Below are positions 19,263 to 30,866 of a DNA stretch of 48,020 nucleotides, one piece after another. Made by a program: the position numbers and the translations under genes. The stretch comes from Trichomonas gallinae (taxonomy: Eukaryota), in assembly GCA_008369845.1 (NCBI GenBank), contig MRSU01011447.1:1-48020 (forward strand), written 5' to 3'. Numbering within the stretch: the stretch's first letter is position 1; each line of letters starts with the position of its first letter. The notes under the pieces were generated by a model. That model was not told where the DNA came from. It searched no databases and saw only the letters and a program-made list of their open reading frames with translations.

Positions 19263-22200
19263 TTATTCAATCACACTTTTCACCATTGAGATAGGATTGA
19301 TATAATTTGTAACATCGTTGTTAAAAAGCATCAGCATTTCCTTCTGCTGCTGCATAACGAACTCTATTCTATCGATGTGATAATCAAACCTTGTGTTCAT
19401 TAAGATTTCTCCGTTGATGCTGTAAATCATGATATTTTGACCAACGAGGAAGCAAATAAATCCATACGTGCTCGACATCGCAGCAGAAATAGCCTTTTCT
19501 TTCACCGATTCGAACATTATCAGTCTTCTGTCTGCCAAGTTGTATATGAAAATGAATTCATCAGATGCACCGAAAACGACGCCAAAAGTGTCGCTGTGTT
19601 CGATGATTCTTATTGAATTTGTGAAGAACGGGAAGTGCGAGTAATAATTAAGATCTCTCGCATACAAAACTTTGAACTTTCCATCAGCAATTCCGCAAGA
19701 TATGAAGCTGCCATGACAATGTATATCCAAAATCGACTCTTCAGATACTTTTCGTCTTAAGTCAGGATTCGTTCTAACAACATAACCATCCTTTGTACCA
19801 TAAACAACAGTTTCATGATCGACGTAACACTTGCATGTAATATCATCATGATTTGGCTCAATTTCAATTTGTTCTGGTGCATTTGAGTCTACAATGATTA
19901 TATCTGGTGGATCTCTTTGAGGATGCTTTTCTGTGAACAGTCTTGAAGGCAGTCTTCCTTCTTTTTCGATCCTGGAAAGTATATCTAATAAGTATTCAGT
20001 GTCCGTGAACTTTGATTCTGGCCAGTAGTCATCGTTGATAAAATTGAAAGAGTTTTGGTTCATTCCGAAGAAATTGTCAATGTAGGTTGGAAGTTTTTCT
20101 GTGACAAAATCATTTTCGAATGATTCATTGATGAATGCAATCAGTTGCTCTGAGTTATGGAAGCCAAGAGGAATTTCAGTGCCATGGAATAAACCAAGGC
20201 AAACGAAGTATTGTGGAACAAAAACCGTTCCTGTCAACAAATCCTCTAGGTTTGATTCAGTTCCTTCGTTATAAGTTTTGAATGGTTCAACCATCGACAA
20301 AAGCTGTATAATTCTCTTTGGACCCATATCGAAGTTCCAAATATTTGTGAAATTCTTGATTTCAATCTTTTTAGTTTCATCGATTTCAAAAATATTTGGA
20401 AGAACTGGATAATTAGACAAATCATTGAATGATCTTCCACTTAAATTGTTGAGTTCCATGAGATAATCAAAATTAGATATTTCTCGGTTGACCCATTTTT
20501 CTGTGATTCGCTTAGATTCGAAATATTCCAGTGGCATCATTGTTTGTATATCGCAGTGATCGAAAGCAGTCAGTGTTCTCAAGCCAGTTAATAGAGTTAA
20601 TGAATTAAATCTATCGAGATATAACAAATAGCTTGGACCTGCAATCATGAATATTTCTAAGCCAATTGGCTGGTTTCTTGAGATTCTCAACAAAATTTGT
20701 TTGATGTCTTTTGCATCCAAGTGCAAAATTTTTTCATTGATCATTATTTCGAGGAAGTTTCTGTAAACGTACAACTGAGCGCGAGATATCTTGTGTATTT
20801 CCACTCTGTCGCATGTCAACTCTATCAATAAATCTGGATTCTCGTTGTCCAAGCAGAATTCTGGATCATATTCCGGAATCATGACAATATTGTCAATGGA
20901 ATTAACTTTGTTTTCAATGTAAGATAAATGATCTTCATATCCTGGGATTTCAGAGTATTCCTCCATCTTCATTGGAATGTTATGATAGCAATGATTATTG
21001 CTCAGCATTTTTGGCGAATCAGAAGGTTGTGTATCCCATGGACCAGTTGGAGCTCTGATCATGTATTCTATCGATCTCATTCTTCTCTTGCATGCATTCA
21101 TCATCAATGCATTGAAATCGCAGTAGTTCATAACTTCCTTCGATGTGTCAGAGAAAATGTTGTTGTCGATTGTATCGAAAACTTTTGCAGATTCGGAGTC
21201 GATTTTTTCGAAATATCTCAGTAACTTTTCTTTGATCACCATTGAGTTATTCAATATATTATAGTTAAACTCTGAGCATTGATCAACGACTTTTTCATAT
21301 AAATGTGTGAAGTCTTCTTTTTCGCCTCGAACCAGATCCAAGAATGAATTCTCGGCATAATCTGCTTCAATCAATTCAGCAATTTGTTCTTTAGCTGCTT
21401 CAGGATCAAAATGCAGCAACAAATGAGCCAAAATGCAAGAATAGTTATGATATGTTTGCACTTTCGTTCTTCTTGCTTGCTTGATTAAACTGACAGCGCA
21501 TTCGGCATCCAACCATTTACCATCATCTGTCACGTTTAATCCGAATATGTACTCGTCTTTTTCTTCGAATTCTTTCAATTTATCAATGAATTCGAATTTG
21601 TTGAATGTGTGTTGCTCATGTTCAGGTTTTTCATATCTTTGGTGATTCTCGTCAAATACTAAAAAGCAATCATCCAAAAATGGAGCTGGAGTATTAATGG
21701 GCTTGAATAAAACATGGAAGAAAGCAATATCGAAAAATTCATGAAGATATTCATAACTCAACAAAGGCTGAATGAGCAATGATTTCGCCAAAGCATCAAT
21801 GAACAGAGATTTTGGCAGATTTTCATCAACTTCTAAAATTTTCGCGACGATTTCAATTATCGAGAAAGTTGTCAGCCAATGTTCATTCGTGCAATCAGCC
21901 AAGAATTTCATGATTCCCTCCATGAATTTTCCTCCAATGCTTAACGCGCAGAAAACTGGCCAAAATGCCCATGTCTTCTTTTTCGCGAAATCTGGGTGCG
22001 GAGATAAATATTGCAACAAAGCGTCTGCAATTTTTTCATGATCATGCTCTAATGTGAAGTAGAAAGCCATCGGAGCCAGAAATTGATATTTGTTGACCAA
22101 AGGAATCAGTTTTGCGAAGTAATTAACCGAATATGTAGAATGAGGAATCATATCAATTAAAACTCCAACATGGTATTTCATCTTGCATGATAAATGACCT

Positions 22201-24959
22201 AACAACTGCAAAGCAGCAAAAACTTCAATCGTTGCAAATGATACATCTTCATTTTCGCAGTTCATTAAATGATGCAAAATATTGAAGTTGCACCATAAGT
22301 GTTCGACTTTGTTGAAGGGCTGAGATTCTGATACGGTTATCATCCTCAAAAGATAAAGGAATTCAACGACTTGTTTGTAGTCTTTACAAGTAACAATATG
22401 GCCTAATAATGCATTGAATTTATTATCGTCGAAGTCTTTCAATGTAATTTGATGCAAAATTTGTAGAATGCATTGTCTGATTTCAGGAACCTTCATGTCG
22501 TTTGGTCTTGGATATGAAGAATTTGGTGTGTATTTTGCAATATCATTTTCAACTGGTTCATACCAGTAATAAATTCTCAGCATCAAAAGCAAAAATTCGA
22601 ACGGACAAATTTCAGTCAATAAGTCATAATATTTCTGGTAAAGTGTTCTTCCCCAATCTCTTGTGATCAATATCTGGTCTTCATTCGATGAATGAATCCA
22701 TAGATCTGGGTTAACCAAGAAATGCTTCAAGATTAGTTTCTTAACTTTGATGTTTTTGGCTGCCAAGAATTTGTTGTGCAATGTCATGTATTGGTTGTAT
22801 GTAAGATTTCTTGGATTAGAAGTGATCAAACAGTAAGCAACAGTCTCGAAACCATGCTGGCTGATGAACTCAGCTTCAATGAATTTAGATGCGAATAAAG
22901 CATCAAAAATTATGTCAATGACGGCTCCAGTGAAAACAGGGACAATGTCGCCGTTCTTGAATTTCATGTCGAGTGTATTAAATACAGGAATCAAGTTTTC
23001 CAGCATGAAAACTCTTGTTAAGACATCCAAGAACTTTGTTGGAGCATCAATTTTTGGTCCTTCAAGTGCAGCAAAAACATTGCAATTCGATGTTTGATCC
23101 AATTCGAGTTTTCCTTCTATAACTTGTGGCGCTATATACAAAATTGCCTCTTTGTCGAATAATCTCGGTCCTTCGTTGTACATCTCCATGCATGTGTCGA
23201 AATCAACGAAAAAGCCAACTGGTCCTATGAAAGATTTTCCTGAATTATTTGAGCCGATTCTGACATAAACTTCACTTGATTTTTCCAATCTTAACGACTC
23301 GAAGGTAGATACTTGATGGCATTTTAAGTCATTGATATACATCGAGACATTTATGTTGCTGGAGTTCTTTTCAATTGAGACACAAATGAATGTCCATTCT
23401 TCGTAGTTAATTTCTTCAGTGAATTCGATTCTTTCGTGAAAATCCGGAATGAAAAATTCGATTCTGTTGCCGACCAAGTTAATCATGTATGATTTTTCTT
23501 TTGAATCGAAAATTCTGACTATGCTGCTAGAATAGTTGGAGTTCTCAACACAGTAAAGCCAGAAACCTATGAACAAGTCGTTGGAAAGGTTGTCAGAGTT
23601 GAAATCTTCCACAAAAATTGTTGGTTGATTTTCTCCTTGTGGTAAATAGGCAACTGGAAGATTAATTGAGCCAAATACAAGGTTGTATATTGTTGTGATA
23701 TATGTTGTATGCAATGAACTAATTACTCCATCTTTTGGCTGAATTAAACCTAATAATCTTGAAATTACTTTTGGAGTCGAAGAAATAGAATCAATTGTTG
23801 TTATTAACTGTAAAGAATAGCCAATCAATGACATCATTTCTGTATCATGCTCATTTTCAGCAATGAAATCTAATAATTCTATTTCTATTTCATTCTTTGA
23901 TAATATTATGATATTTTTGAGTTCTCTTTGGCATAAATTCATTATAAGCATGAATGCATCAATAGATAATGGACATTGACTAAAAATCATTAAAAATGGA
24001 AATACAACATTTGGATTTCTAATTATTTTGCTGCCATAATCACCAACAATGATATGAGTGAATATCTCATATACGTGTCTACTTGGTTCTTGCATATCTT
24101 CAGTTTTGATAATGCAATCATATAAAATTTTAGCTTCTTCTTTAGAAATTGGTAGAACTTTGGCAACAATTTCGAATAAGTCAAGAATTTGCATGCAAAG
24201 TCTTTGAGAATCGGGTTTGTTTTCGAGTTTTGGAAAAAAATACTTGAAATTCTTAATAATGTAGCGCAAATAGTCCGGTTCATATGTGCTTGGGATATAT
24301 GAAGAAACAATTGACTGAATTAAAGGCGAGATATCAATTGTTTCAAAATTCTTAAAAATAAATTTCAAAAAATCATCAATTGTTGATGTATAGTTTTCAG
24401 CGCATGCCTTAATGATTACTTGTTTCCTTGACGCTGTGAATTGGATGATTATATCAAGTAGATCCTCTGGCATTTTTTCGAAAAGCTGAGAAATCACTTC
24501 AGAACAATAAAACATGAATATATCAGTTGAGTATTGCTTGAGAGCAGCTATATCTACGAAGTCAATTGATTTTAAGACTTTCAGCAAAATTTCTTTATTA
24601 TTTAGCTCATTATATGAGAAAATCCAAATTACAGCGGATTGCAGCATATAGTATGAGATATATAGTAATGTTTTGTTATCAGGGACATCATATGCCATTA
24701 ATGTTTCGAGTTCTTCATTCGTAAATGGTTTTGGTAATTGGAATTGAGATTTAACTTTGTTGCACAAATCATTTAAATCCTGAATGTTGTCTGGTTCTTG
24801 TATTTCAATCTGATTTTGAAAAGAATTTACAAATTTTAATATTAAATCTTGAATTTCTGATGAAATCGAATCAGACGGACTCGAGTACTGCTCATTTACT
24901 TCCAGTATCTGCATTATTGGTCTGATACTTAAAGGATTTCCTCCTGAAGTAGAAGTCAT
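19263..24959 (-). CDS. Beige/BEACH domain protein (ConA-like, helical, PH-BEACH, degenerate WD40)
   Basis: 1898 aa. BEACH signature TEKWVNREISNFDYLMELNNLSGRSFNDLSNYPVLP preceded by a PH-like segment. LamG/ConA-like motifs FIGFWLY and EWTFICVS, plus LVNPDLW. Confidence 0.9.
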   Translation of the reverse strand: MTSTSGGNPLSIRPIMQILEVNEQYSSPSDSISSEIQDLILKFVNSFQNQIEIQEPDNIQDLNDLCNKVKSQFQLPKPFTNEELETLMAYDVPDNKTLLYISYYMLQSAVIWIFSYNELNNKEILLKVLKSIDFVDIAALKQYSTDIFMFYCSEVISQLFEKMPEDLLDIIIQFTASRKQVIIKACAENYTSTIDDFLKFIFKNFETIDISPLIQSIVSSYIPSTYEPDYLRYIIKNFKYFFPKLENKPDSQRLCMQILDLFEIVAKVLPISKEEAKILYDCIIKTEDMQEPSRHVYEIFTHIIVGDYGSKIIRNPNVVFPFLMIFSQCPLSIDAFMLIMNLCQRELKNIIILSKNEIEIELLDFIAENEHDTEMMSLIGYSLQLITTIDSISSTPKVISRLLGLIQPKDGVISSLHTTYITTIYNLVFGSINLPVAYLPQGENQPTIFVEDFNSDNLSNDLFIGFWLYCVENSNYSSSIVRIFDSKEKSYMINLVGNRIEFFIPDFHERIEFTEEINYEEWTFICVSIEKNSSNINVSMYINDLKCHQVSTFESLRLEKSSEVYVRIGSNNSGKSFIGPVGFFVDFDTCMEMYNEGPRLFDKEAILYIAPQVIEGKLELDQTSNCNVFAALEGPKIDAPTKFLDVLTRVFMLENLIPVFNTLDMKFKNGDIVPVFTGAVIDIIFDALFASKFIEAEFISQHGFETVAYCLITSNPRNLTYNQYMTLHNKFLAAKNIKVKKLILKHFLVNPDLWIHSSNEDQILITRDWGRTLYQKYYDLLTEICPFEFLLLMLRIYYWYEPVENDIAKYTPNSSYPRPNDMKVPEIRQCILQILHQITLKDFDDNKFNALLGHIVTCKDYKQVVEFLYLLRMITVSESQPFNKVEHLWCNFNILHHLMNCENEDVSFATIEVFAALQLLGHLSCKMKYHVGVLIDMIPHSTYSVNYFAKLIPLVNKYQFLAPMAFYFTLEHDHEKIADALLQYLSPHPDFAKKKTWAFWPVFCALSIGGKFMEGIMKFLADCTNEHWLTTFSIIEIVAKILEVDENLPKSLFIDALAKSLLIQPLLSYEYLHEFFDIAFFHVLFKPINTPAPFLDDCFLVFDENHQRYEKPEHEQHTFNKFEFIDKLKEFEEKDEYIFGLNVTDDGKWLDAECAVSLIKQARRTKVQTYHNYSCILAHLLLHFDPEAAKEQIAELIEADYAENSFLDLVRGEKEDFTHLYEKVVDQCSEFNYNILNNSMVIKEKLLRYFEKIDSESAKVFDTIDNNIFSDTSKEVMNYCDFNALMMNACKRRMRSIEYMIRAPTGPWDTQPSDSPKMLSNNHCYHNIPMKMEEYSEIPGYEDHLSYIENKVNSIDNIVMIPEYDPEFCLDNENPDLLIELTCDRVEIHKISRAQLYVYRNFLEIMINEKILHLDAKDIKQILLRISRNQPIGLEIFMIAGPSYLLYLDRFNSLTLLTGLRTLTAFDHCDIQTMMPLEYFESKRITEKWVNREISNFDYLMELNNLSGRSFNDLSNYPVLPNIFEIDETKKIEIKNFTNIWNFDMGPKRIIQLLSMVEPFKTYNEGTESNLEDLLTGTVFVPQYFVCLGLFHGTEIPLGFHNSEQLIAFINESFENDFVTEKLPTYIDNFFGMNQNSFNFINDDYWPESKFTDTEYLLDILSRIEKEGRLPSRLFTEKHPQRDPPDIIIVDSNAPEQIEIEPNHDDITCKCYVDHETVVYGTKDGYVVRTNPDLRRKVSEESILDIHCHGSFISCGIADGKFKVLYARDLNYYSHFPFFTNSIRIIEHSDTFGVVFGASDEFIFIYNLADRRLIMFESVKEKAISAAMSSTYGFICFLVGQNIMIYSINGEILMNTRFDYHIDRIEFVMQQQKEMLMLFNNDVTNYINPISMVKSVIE

Positions 24960-25282
24960 GACTTTTTTTTAGTAAATTTTTATCCATTTATCGGTAAATT
25001 TTATCGATTTAATTGTTGCTTTTAGCTTTTTAGCTAAAAATATACCATTTAATCAAGGAAAAAGGCTAAGTGGATTGATGTAAAGTTTACAAAACATTAT
25101 TACAAAATAGTTAATTTCATTATGCATATTTTAAATTTCAATTTTATTTTTTGAAAGCGATCAATTGAAAAAATTGTGGAGAAATTTAAGCGTTTCAAAG
25201 CAATTTACGGGCGTATAACTATCATAAGAATCCAAAAAAGCATGAATATTATATGAACGATTAATTATTTTCTGATGATTTA

Positions 25283-25348
25283 TTTTTGAATTAAAAATAA
25301 TCGTCTATCTTTTAATTTTTGAATCAAAAATAATCGTTTATCCATTAA
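25283..25348. repeat. 33-bp tandem duplication
   Basis: TTTTTGAATTAAAAATAATCGTCTATCTTTTAA followed by TTTTTGAATCAAAAATAATCGTTTATCCATTAA (29/33 identical). Confidence 0.8.
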
Positions 25349-25354
25349 TTTTTT

Positions 25355-25402
25355 TATGTCAAATGTCAGGAATATTTGAACTTTTTGTTGACATTTGACA
25401 TA
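25355..25402. repeat. Perfect 14-bp inverted repeat built from TGTCA units
   Basis: TATGTCAAATGTCA (25355-25368) and TGACATTTGACATA (25389-25402), separated by a 20-nt spacer. Confidence 0.8.
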
Positions 25403-26031
25403 TCGATCTTTTCACTCCATCACCTATGCAGGCTAAGAGTATATTCAGGAAGAATCCCAAATCCCCAAATTTCATTAATAGACTATCTCTATTTTAGTTA
25501 CACTATACAAATATGCAATTAAATGGAGATCGATTTTCCTGCGTGGGTTTTTACCTATGTAAATATCAGAAACGGATGAACTTTACTTTTTGCCGGCACT
25601 ATATCTTATTTTTCACGAGATTCATTCTTATCTTCCAGACATGATTTTATCTTCCAATGTTACATCCTCAACTCCATATCAACAATCTAGTAAGAAGATT
25701 AATATCGATATCTCAGCACAAGAATGCGAATTGACGTCATTTCTGCTCTCCACAAAGGCTTCAATCCCATGGTAGATATGATCTTAATGTCATTAATATT
25801 GTCATCGGTCTATAAAAATAGCTATATATATATAATATAGTTCTATTTCTTGATAACTCCAGATAAATGGAGTATGCTTTGTATTTTGCATGAATTATTT
25901 AGTAATACAATATAATCAATTTTATTTTTTAGGATATAAACCGAAGATTCACAACTCCGGAGGTAAAAGATGAATTAAATCGATAAAACAAACATAGTAT
26001 TATTTAGAAAGAATGAAAAGAAGAAAAAATA

Positions 26032-27693
26032 TCATATTGCACCTTTTTCTTGTAATATCTTTCGAATTGCATCATCATTTGCCAAGCAAAGTGGTGTCAT
26101 GCCTCTATCAGACTTTGCGTTCAACTTTATTTCTTTTGAACAAAGCAAACTTTTGACACATTCTAAATTTCCAGCTTTAACAGCATGGTGAAGTGGTGTC
26201 CAGCCTCTTTGGTCAGTAATATTGATGTTGCATTTACCACTTTCTGCAATAATTTTAAGATATTCCGGTTTATTGTCGTTTATGCATTGAAATATTGCAT
26301 ATTTACCAAGACTATCCTTGTAGTCAAAGTTAATAGACATTCTTTCAACAAAATCTTTGAATTTTGAAATATCTTTGCAAAGAAGCAATCTGTGTATCGG
26401 AGTTTTTCCACTTCTGTCCAATTTGGTTAGCACCTGGTTTTTTACATTGGGAGAAAGAATTCTAAGCAAGCTTTCGAAAACAAAAACATTTCCAGCTTCA
26501 CAAGCAACGTGAAGGGCTGTTTTTCCTTCATTATCTGTAATCTTTGGATCAAGAGTAGGTATATTGAACAACAATGATGCAATTTCTCCGCGATCATTTA
26601 ATTCGCATGCATAAATTAAAGGAGTTTTTCCTTTTTTGTCTTTTTGATTAACTAACAGATATGAATCCTGTTCAAGGATCAAGCTTACGATTTCTTTATT
26701 TGAGTTTGAAACCGAAATATGCAATGCGTTCATTCCTTCTTGATTTACTGCTCTTTCATCATTGCATTGGATTCTCAAGAAGTATGAAACTACATCTTTG
26801 TAGCCATTTTGAACAGCTAACAAATACGCAGTATTTCCTTCATTATCTGTTGAATTAATTATAGATTCAAGAGAATTTTGCTGCTCTTCGTCTGATTCTT
26901 CGTGTGGACAGTTAATTTCTTCAATACTGTCTATTCTGTATAAATCTAATGTCATGAAATCCCATGAAGGAGCTCTCTGCAACTCTGAGTCTGAATATAT
27001 CTTAGAAACAAGCATGGAGATGATTTCTGACGTATTTTTAGTTGCTGCAATATGTAGAGGAGTCTGGCCGTTCGAATTTTTGATATTTAATTTTATACCT
27101 GGAATTTTTAATAATGTTTGTATCATATAAATGTTTCCATGCGAAACAGCAATGTGTAAGGGTGTATTTCCTTGATTATCTTGCGTGTTTATGTCAACTT
27201 TTTTCAATGAAATAATATAATCAATGACAGATTGAGTTCCGCCAATGGAAGAACCGTGTAAAATCGTACTTCCAAACGAATCAGTGACAACTGGACTGAT
27301 TTTAAGTTGATTTAATAAAAATTTAAAAACATCCAAGTCACCAAGACCTGCAGCCAAAATCAGAGAACGAGAAAAGTCAACTTTCTTATCTGCAAGCACT
27401 TTTATCGCGTAAATGTGGCCACCTGTGACAGCAAAATGTGAAACATCTCTGTAAAGGTTATCTTGCTTTGTAATGTCAACATCATGAGACAGCATGTAGT
27501 TAAGACATTGCATTGAGCCGTAAAATGCAGCGACATGTAATAAAAATGGCGAATCATGAAAAATTTTTGGTAATTTTTGAGTAATATGTTTAAATTGGAA
27601 GGTGTTATATGCTGCCTTAGGTATTTTCTTTACGAATATTTCAAATTCGTCCTGTGAAACAATCTTGAACGCTTCCTCCTCATTGAGGAGCAT
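26032..27693 (-). CDS. Ankyrin repeat protein
   Basis: Many ankyrin motifs (GNTPLHIA, GQTPLHIA, GKTALHVA, GWTPLHHA). TCATT initiator just upstream of the ATG. Confidence 0.93.
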   Translation of the reverse strand: MLLNEEEAFKIVSQDEFEIFVKKIPKAAYNTFQFKHITQKLPKIFHDSPFLLHVAAFYGSMQCLNYMLSHDVDITKQDNLYRDVSHFAVTGGHIYAIKVLADKKVDFSRSLILAAGLGDLDVFKFLLNQLKISPVVTDSFGSTILHGSSIGGTQSVIDYIISLKKVDINTQDNQGNTPLHIAVSHGNIYMIQTLLKIPGIKLNIKNSNGQTPLHIAATKNTSEIISMLVSKIYSDSELQRAPSWDFMTLDLYRIDSIEEINCPHEESDEEQQNSLESIINSTDNEGNTAYLLAVQNGYKDVVSYFLRIQCNDERAVNQEGMNALHISVSNSNKEIVSLILEQDSYLLVNQKDKKGKTPLIYACELNDRGEIASLLFNIPTLDPKITDNEGKTALHVACEAGNVFVFESLLRILSPNVKNQVLTKLDRSGKTPIHRLLLCKDISKFKDFVERMSINFDYKDSLGKYAIFQCINDNKPEYLKIIAESGKCNINITDQRGWTPLHHAVKAGNLECVKSLLCSKEIKLNAKSDRGMTPLCLANDDAIRKILQEKGAI

Positions 27694-28125
27694 CCGTTAT
27701 TTCGAAATGACGAATTACAACTATAAATATGTATCACATATAGTTTATTTATTCAATAATTCATCCAATTTCTTTCTTGATTACATTTTATAAACACCTT
27801 ATTTTCGAATTTTTCCAATTTCTGCATTTTACATCAAATGTAACTAATATACATATATTCCACAATAATATATGCACTTTTCATGTATTAATATTCTTTA
27901 TTATCGCTGAATCGTTTGAGTTTTGTCATTTTTACCAAGTAAATTCTGACGTGTATCATTTGAATTTTGTCATGTAAAGTTGAAATTTTGATATAATTGT
28001 TTGTATCATATTACTTGGTAACATCAAAGTTCAGACTTCAACCTGTTAAAATATTATTGATGAAGAAGATATATTAAAAAAATTATAATTAATATTTTGT
28101 CAAAATAGTAATAATATCCTGGAAT

Positions 28126-30753
28126 TTATTTAAATAATGAAATAATATTAGAAATGTCTAGAATTGGCGCTAAAATTTCTTTCGCTTTATCTTTGTTTCC
28201 TGTTATTAGATAAAGCATAGCTGAGTGAACTAATGATCTTTGTTCAGCTAAACTTTTTGCTATCTTTTCAATTGTCTCCTTCCTGTCTTCATCTCTAGCC
28301 AATGAACAAGCAATGTGCAAAGCCAGTTCGAATTCAGAATTCTGCAAACACAATCTTGATGCCTGTCCATATTGTTTGGTAATCAAAAGAATATCAACAG
28401 CTGTGTCAAAACAATTGTTTCCAACTAAAGCAGCAACAACAGCAGCAGACTCTGCAGAGCTTTCCAAATTCAAGTAACCAGCCTTCAAAGCATTCTTTTC
28501 GAAAGATGTCAGACTTGCGTTTGGTGTCAATAAAATCTCCAATGCTGCCTGTCTGTCGCCTCTCAACAAAGCAAATCTCACTCTTCTGTTTGTCGCATTG
28601 TCTCCGTGACTTCTTATGAACAAATAGGATAAACTCTTGAATAATGATTGGAGGTTTTCCTGAGTGTTTGATATATCATAGCACAATGGAGAGAAAACTC
28701 CTGAAAAAGCTCTTAAAAATTCTCCAAAAATGAAATGACCTGTCAGATCACAAAGTTTAGCTGCTTCTTGTATTGTCTTAACTTTCTTGAACTCTTCATT
28801 GAAATATTCTTTCCTAGAATAGTCGCTGAACAAAATTGGGATATCCAGCATTGCCGTTGGAACTCTGTCAAATCTCGTCTCCAAGTCTGTCTTCATTATT
28901 GAAATTGATTTTTCGCCTTGAAGGCAGCCGATAACATTTTGCTCGTTAATGAATTTGATTAAAAACGCTTTCTGCTTCATCGGCTTTGATACTAATAGAT
29001 GCGTGATGTCCAAGAAGAAAGTCTTGTAGTCAGAATCAATGACAATTGCATTCAACTTGCAGAATTCGATCTTTTCAATTGGCTTTGATGAAACTTGGAC
29101 ATTTGAAATCGGCTTGGAGTCCCACCCAAATGAGAAGACTTTTCCGTGGAATGTTCCAACAAAGAAACAGTTGTTCGTCGCAATGGCCGAAGAGATAAGA
29201 GATTTCTCGATATTTATCTGGAAATTTTTGACGAAAGTGACCTGCTCTGAGATGTTAAATTGATAAACTGTTCCTGCTGGAGTTAAAGCCCACATTTCGT
29301 CCGGATTTGTGTTAAAGACTATATATGTCTTGCAGCTGTTTGCGAATGATGCAATTTGTTTTCCTTCTTTGTTAAATAAAACTAGAATTGATTCGCCCAA
29401 CGCAACAGAGAAGAACTGTTTGCTTGGAGAAACAGTGATGACAGGTGGATCATGTGATGCGAGTTCTTGTGAATCTTTTAGAACTGACTTAAAAGTGTAG
29501 TTTTTCGTGTTGTAGAGCAAAACTTTTTGTCTGTTGTTTTCTGTGCCTGAGATCACGAGAATGTCATCGGAAACATGGGATATTGAGTTGATTGGGCCTT
29601 TGATTGCCTTGAAATAATGGTTATATGAGCAACTTCCGACAAAATTCTTTGGAGAATCTTTAGGTATCGTGCACATGCCAACATACCCGTGCTCATTAGA
29701 TATTACTATTGAATTTTCTGTGATCGCAATGTCAGTTGGACGAGAATATGGGAATCTTGAAATCGAATTTACTCTGAACTTTTTATTAACGATTTGAATC
29801 ATATGCATGCAACCGCGTGATAAAAGACATAACTTATCATTCAAGAAACCAACGCCAGATTCATATGTTTCTTTGATTCCATCATTAATTGCATTAACAC
29901 ATTGAAAAGAGTCTAAAGAAAGCATATCTATGCAGCTTAGCCTTATATTTGTTCTGTGAATAATTGCAATGAGTCTATCATCAGATTTGGGGAAGAATGC
30001 ATCATAAATTATATCTCCGCGACTTTCAGCCTTGTAAATTAGTGTGAATACATTGTCGGCAAATGTATAAAGAAATACACCGGAAGATGCAACAATGTAG
30101 ATCGCGTTGTCGAGATGTGGATAAAAATTGCAATTCATGAATTGTCCATGATCTTTATCGTAGAAAACTAGATTATTCTGTATTTTAGCACTTCCTTGTA
30201 TGTCTATATCAGTTATAAGCGAAAATTCACCAGATTGGCAAAAATATAATAATTTTGTGTAATTATGTGGTGATATTCTTAAAATATTTGGTGTATATGG
30301 TGTCTGTAGTGTCCAAACAACGTTTGGTGTGTCAACAGGTGAGAAATCAACGCAGTAAATCGTGTTTTTGGATGTTCCAATGTAAAATTTTTTAGGATTC
30401 ACAGGAGAACCAACGCAAGATATCGGCAAAGACTCTTTAAGGTGAACAGTATTCATAACAAGGTTACGAGAGAAGTCAAAAAGCTTAATATCTCCATTAG
30501 AATCTCCATAAAATAAATATAATGGAGTAAATCCATCGGAATTGAAGCCTTGTGACCACGTGAGTGTAGCTATTGGTGCATCAGAACCCTTAAATGATGA
30601 ATAAATATCGACAATTCCGTGGTGCTCAATATAGAAAGTTATATATCTGTCGATTGCTGAAGCAATGATGCCACTTTGACTCCATGCGATAAGTGGCTTC
30701 TTTGTTCCACTATCCCAGTATGGCAAATCCTTGATAGCAAACGGCAAAGCCAT
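28126..30753 (-). CDS. WDR11-like beta-propeller protein
   Basis: N-terminal IAWSQSGIIA and beta-propeller-like strands. C-terminal helical block LLRGDRQAALEILL...NALKA...AVDILLI...ASRLCLQ resembles the WDR11 C-terminus (LLLGQTDRAVQLLL...DSLKA). Confidence 0.65.
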   Translation of the reverse strand: MALPFAIKDLPYWDSGTKKPLIAWSQSGIIASAIDRYITFYIEHHGIVDIYSSFKGSDAPIATLTWSQGFNSDGFTPLYLFYGDSNGDIKLFDFSRNLVMNTVHLKESLPISCVGSPVNPKKFYIGTSKNTIYCVDFSPVDTPNVVWTLQTPYTPNILRISPHNYTKLLYFCQSGEFSLITDIDIQGSAKIQNNLVFYDKDHGQFMNCNFYPHLDNAIYIVASSGVFLYTFADNVFTLIYKAESRGDIIYDAFFPKSDDRLIAIIHRTNIRLSCIDMLSLDSFQCVNAINDGIKETYESGVGFLNDKLCLLSRGCMHMIQIVNKKFRVNSISRFPYSRPTDIAITENSIVISNEHGYVGMCTIPKDSPKNFVGSCSYNHYFKAIKGPINSISHVSDDILVISGTENNRQKVLLYNTKNYTFKSVLKDSQELASHDPPVITVSPSKQFFSVALGESILVLFNKEGKQIASFANSCKTYIVFNTNPDEMWALTPAGTVYQFNISEQVTFVKNFQINIEKSLISSAIATNNCFFVGTFHGKVFSFGWDSKPISNVQVSSKPIEKIEFCKLNAIVIDSDYKTFFLDITHLLVSKPMKQKAFLIKFINEQNVIGCLQGEKSISIMKTDLETRFDRVPTAMLDIPILFSDYSRKEYFNEEFKKVKTIQEAAKLCDLTGHFIFGEFLRAFSGVFSPLCYDISNTQENLQSLFKSLSYLFIRSHGDNATNRRVRFALLRGDRQAALEILLTPNASLTSFEKNALKAGYLNLESSAESAAVVAALVGNNCFDTAVDILLITKQYGQASRLCLQNSEFELALHIACSLARDEDRKETIEKIAKSLAEQRSLVHSAMLYLITGNKDKAKEILAPILDISNIISLFK

Positions 30754-30839
30754 CCGAAAAGGACGAAATTTAAAAAATATCGATATCGGGTTTTTAATTT
30801 AGGGTCAATCAAAATTAATCAAGGAGTGTCAAATTATAT

Positions 30840-30866
30840 AAAAGTGACAAATTCTAAAAGTGACAA
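30840..30866. promoter_or_regulatory. Tandem AAAAGTGACAAA (M2-like) elements
   Basis: Two copies of AAAAGTGACAAA in the divergent intergenic region between the WDR11-like and BspA genes. Confidence 0.5.

Noticed and set aside
25590..25775. 61-aa TTG-started ORF or coding-like patch
   Set aside because: No ATG, motif or recognisable similarity on either strand.
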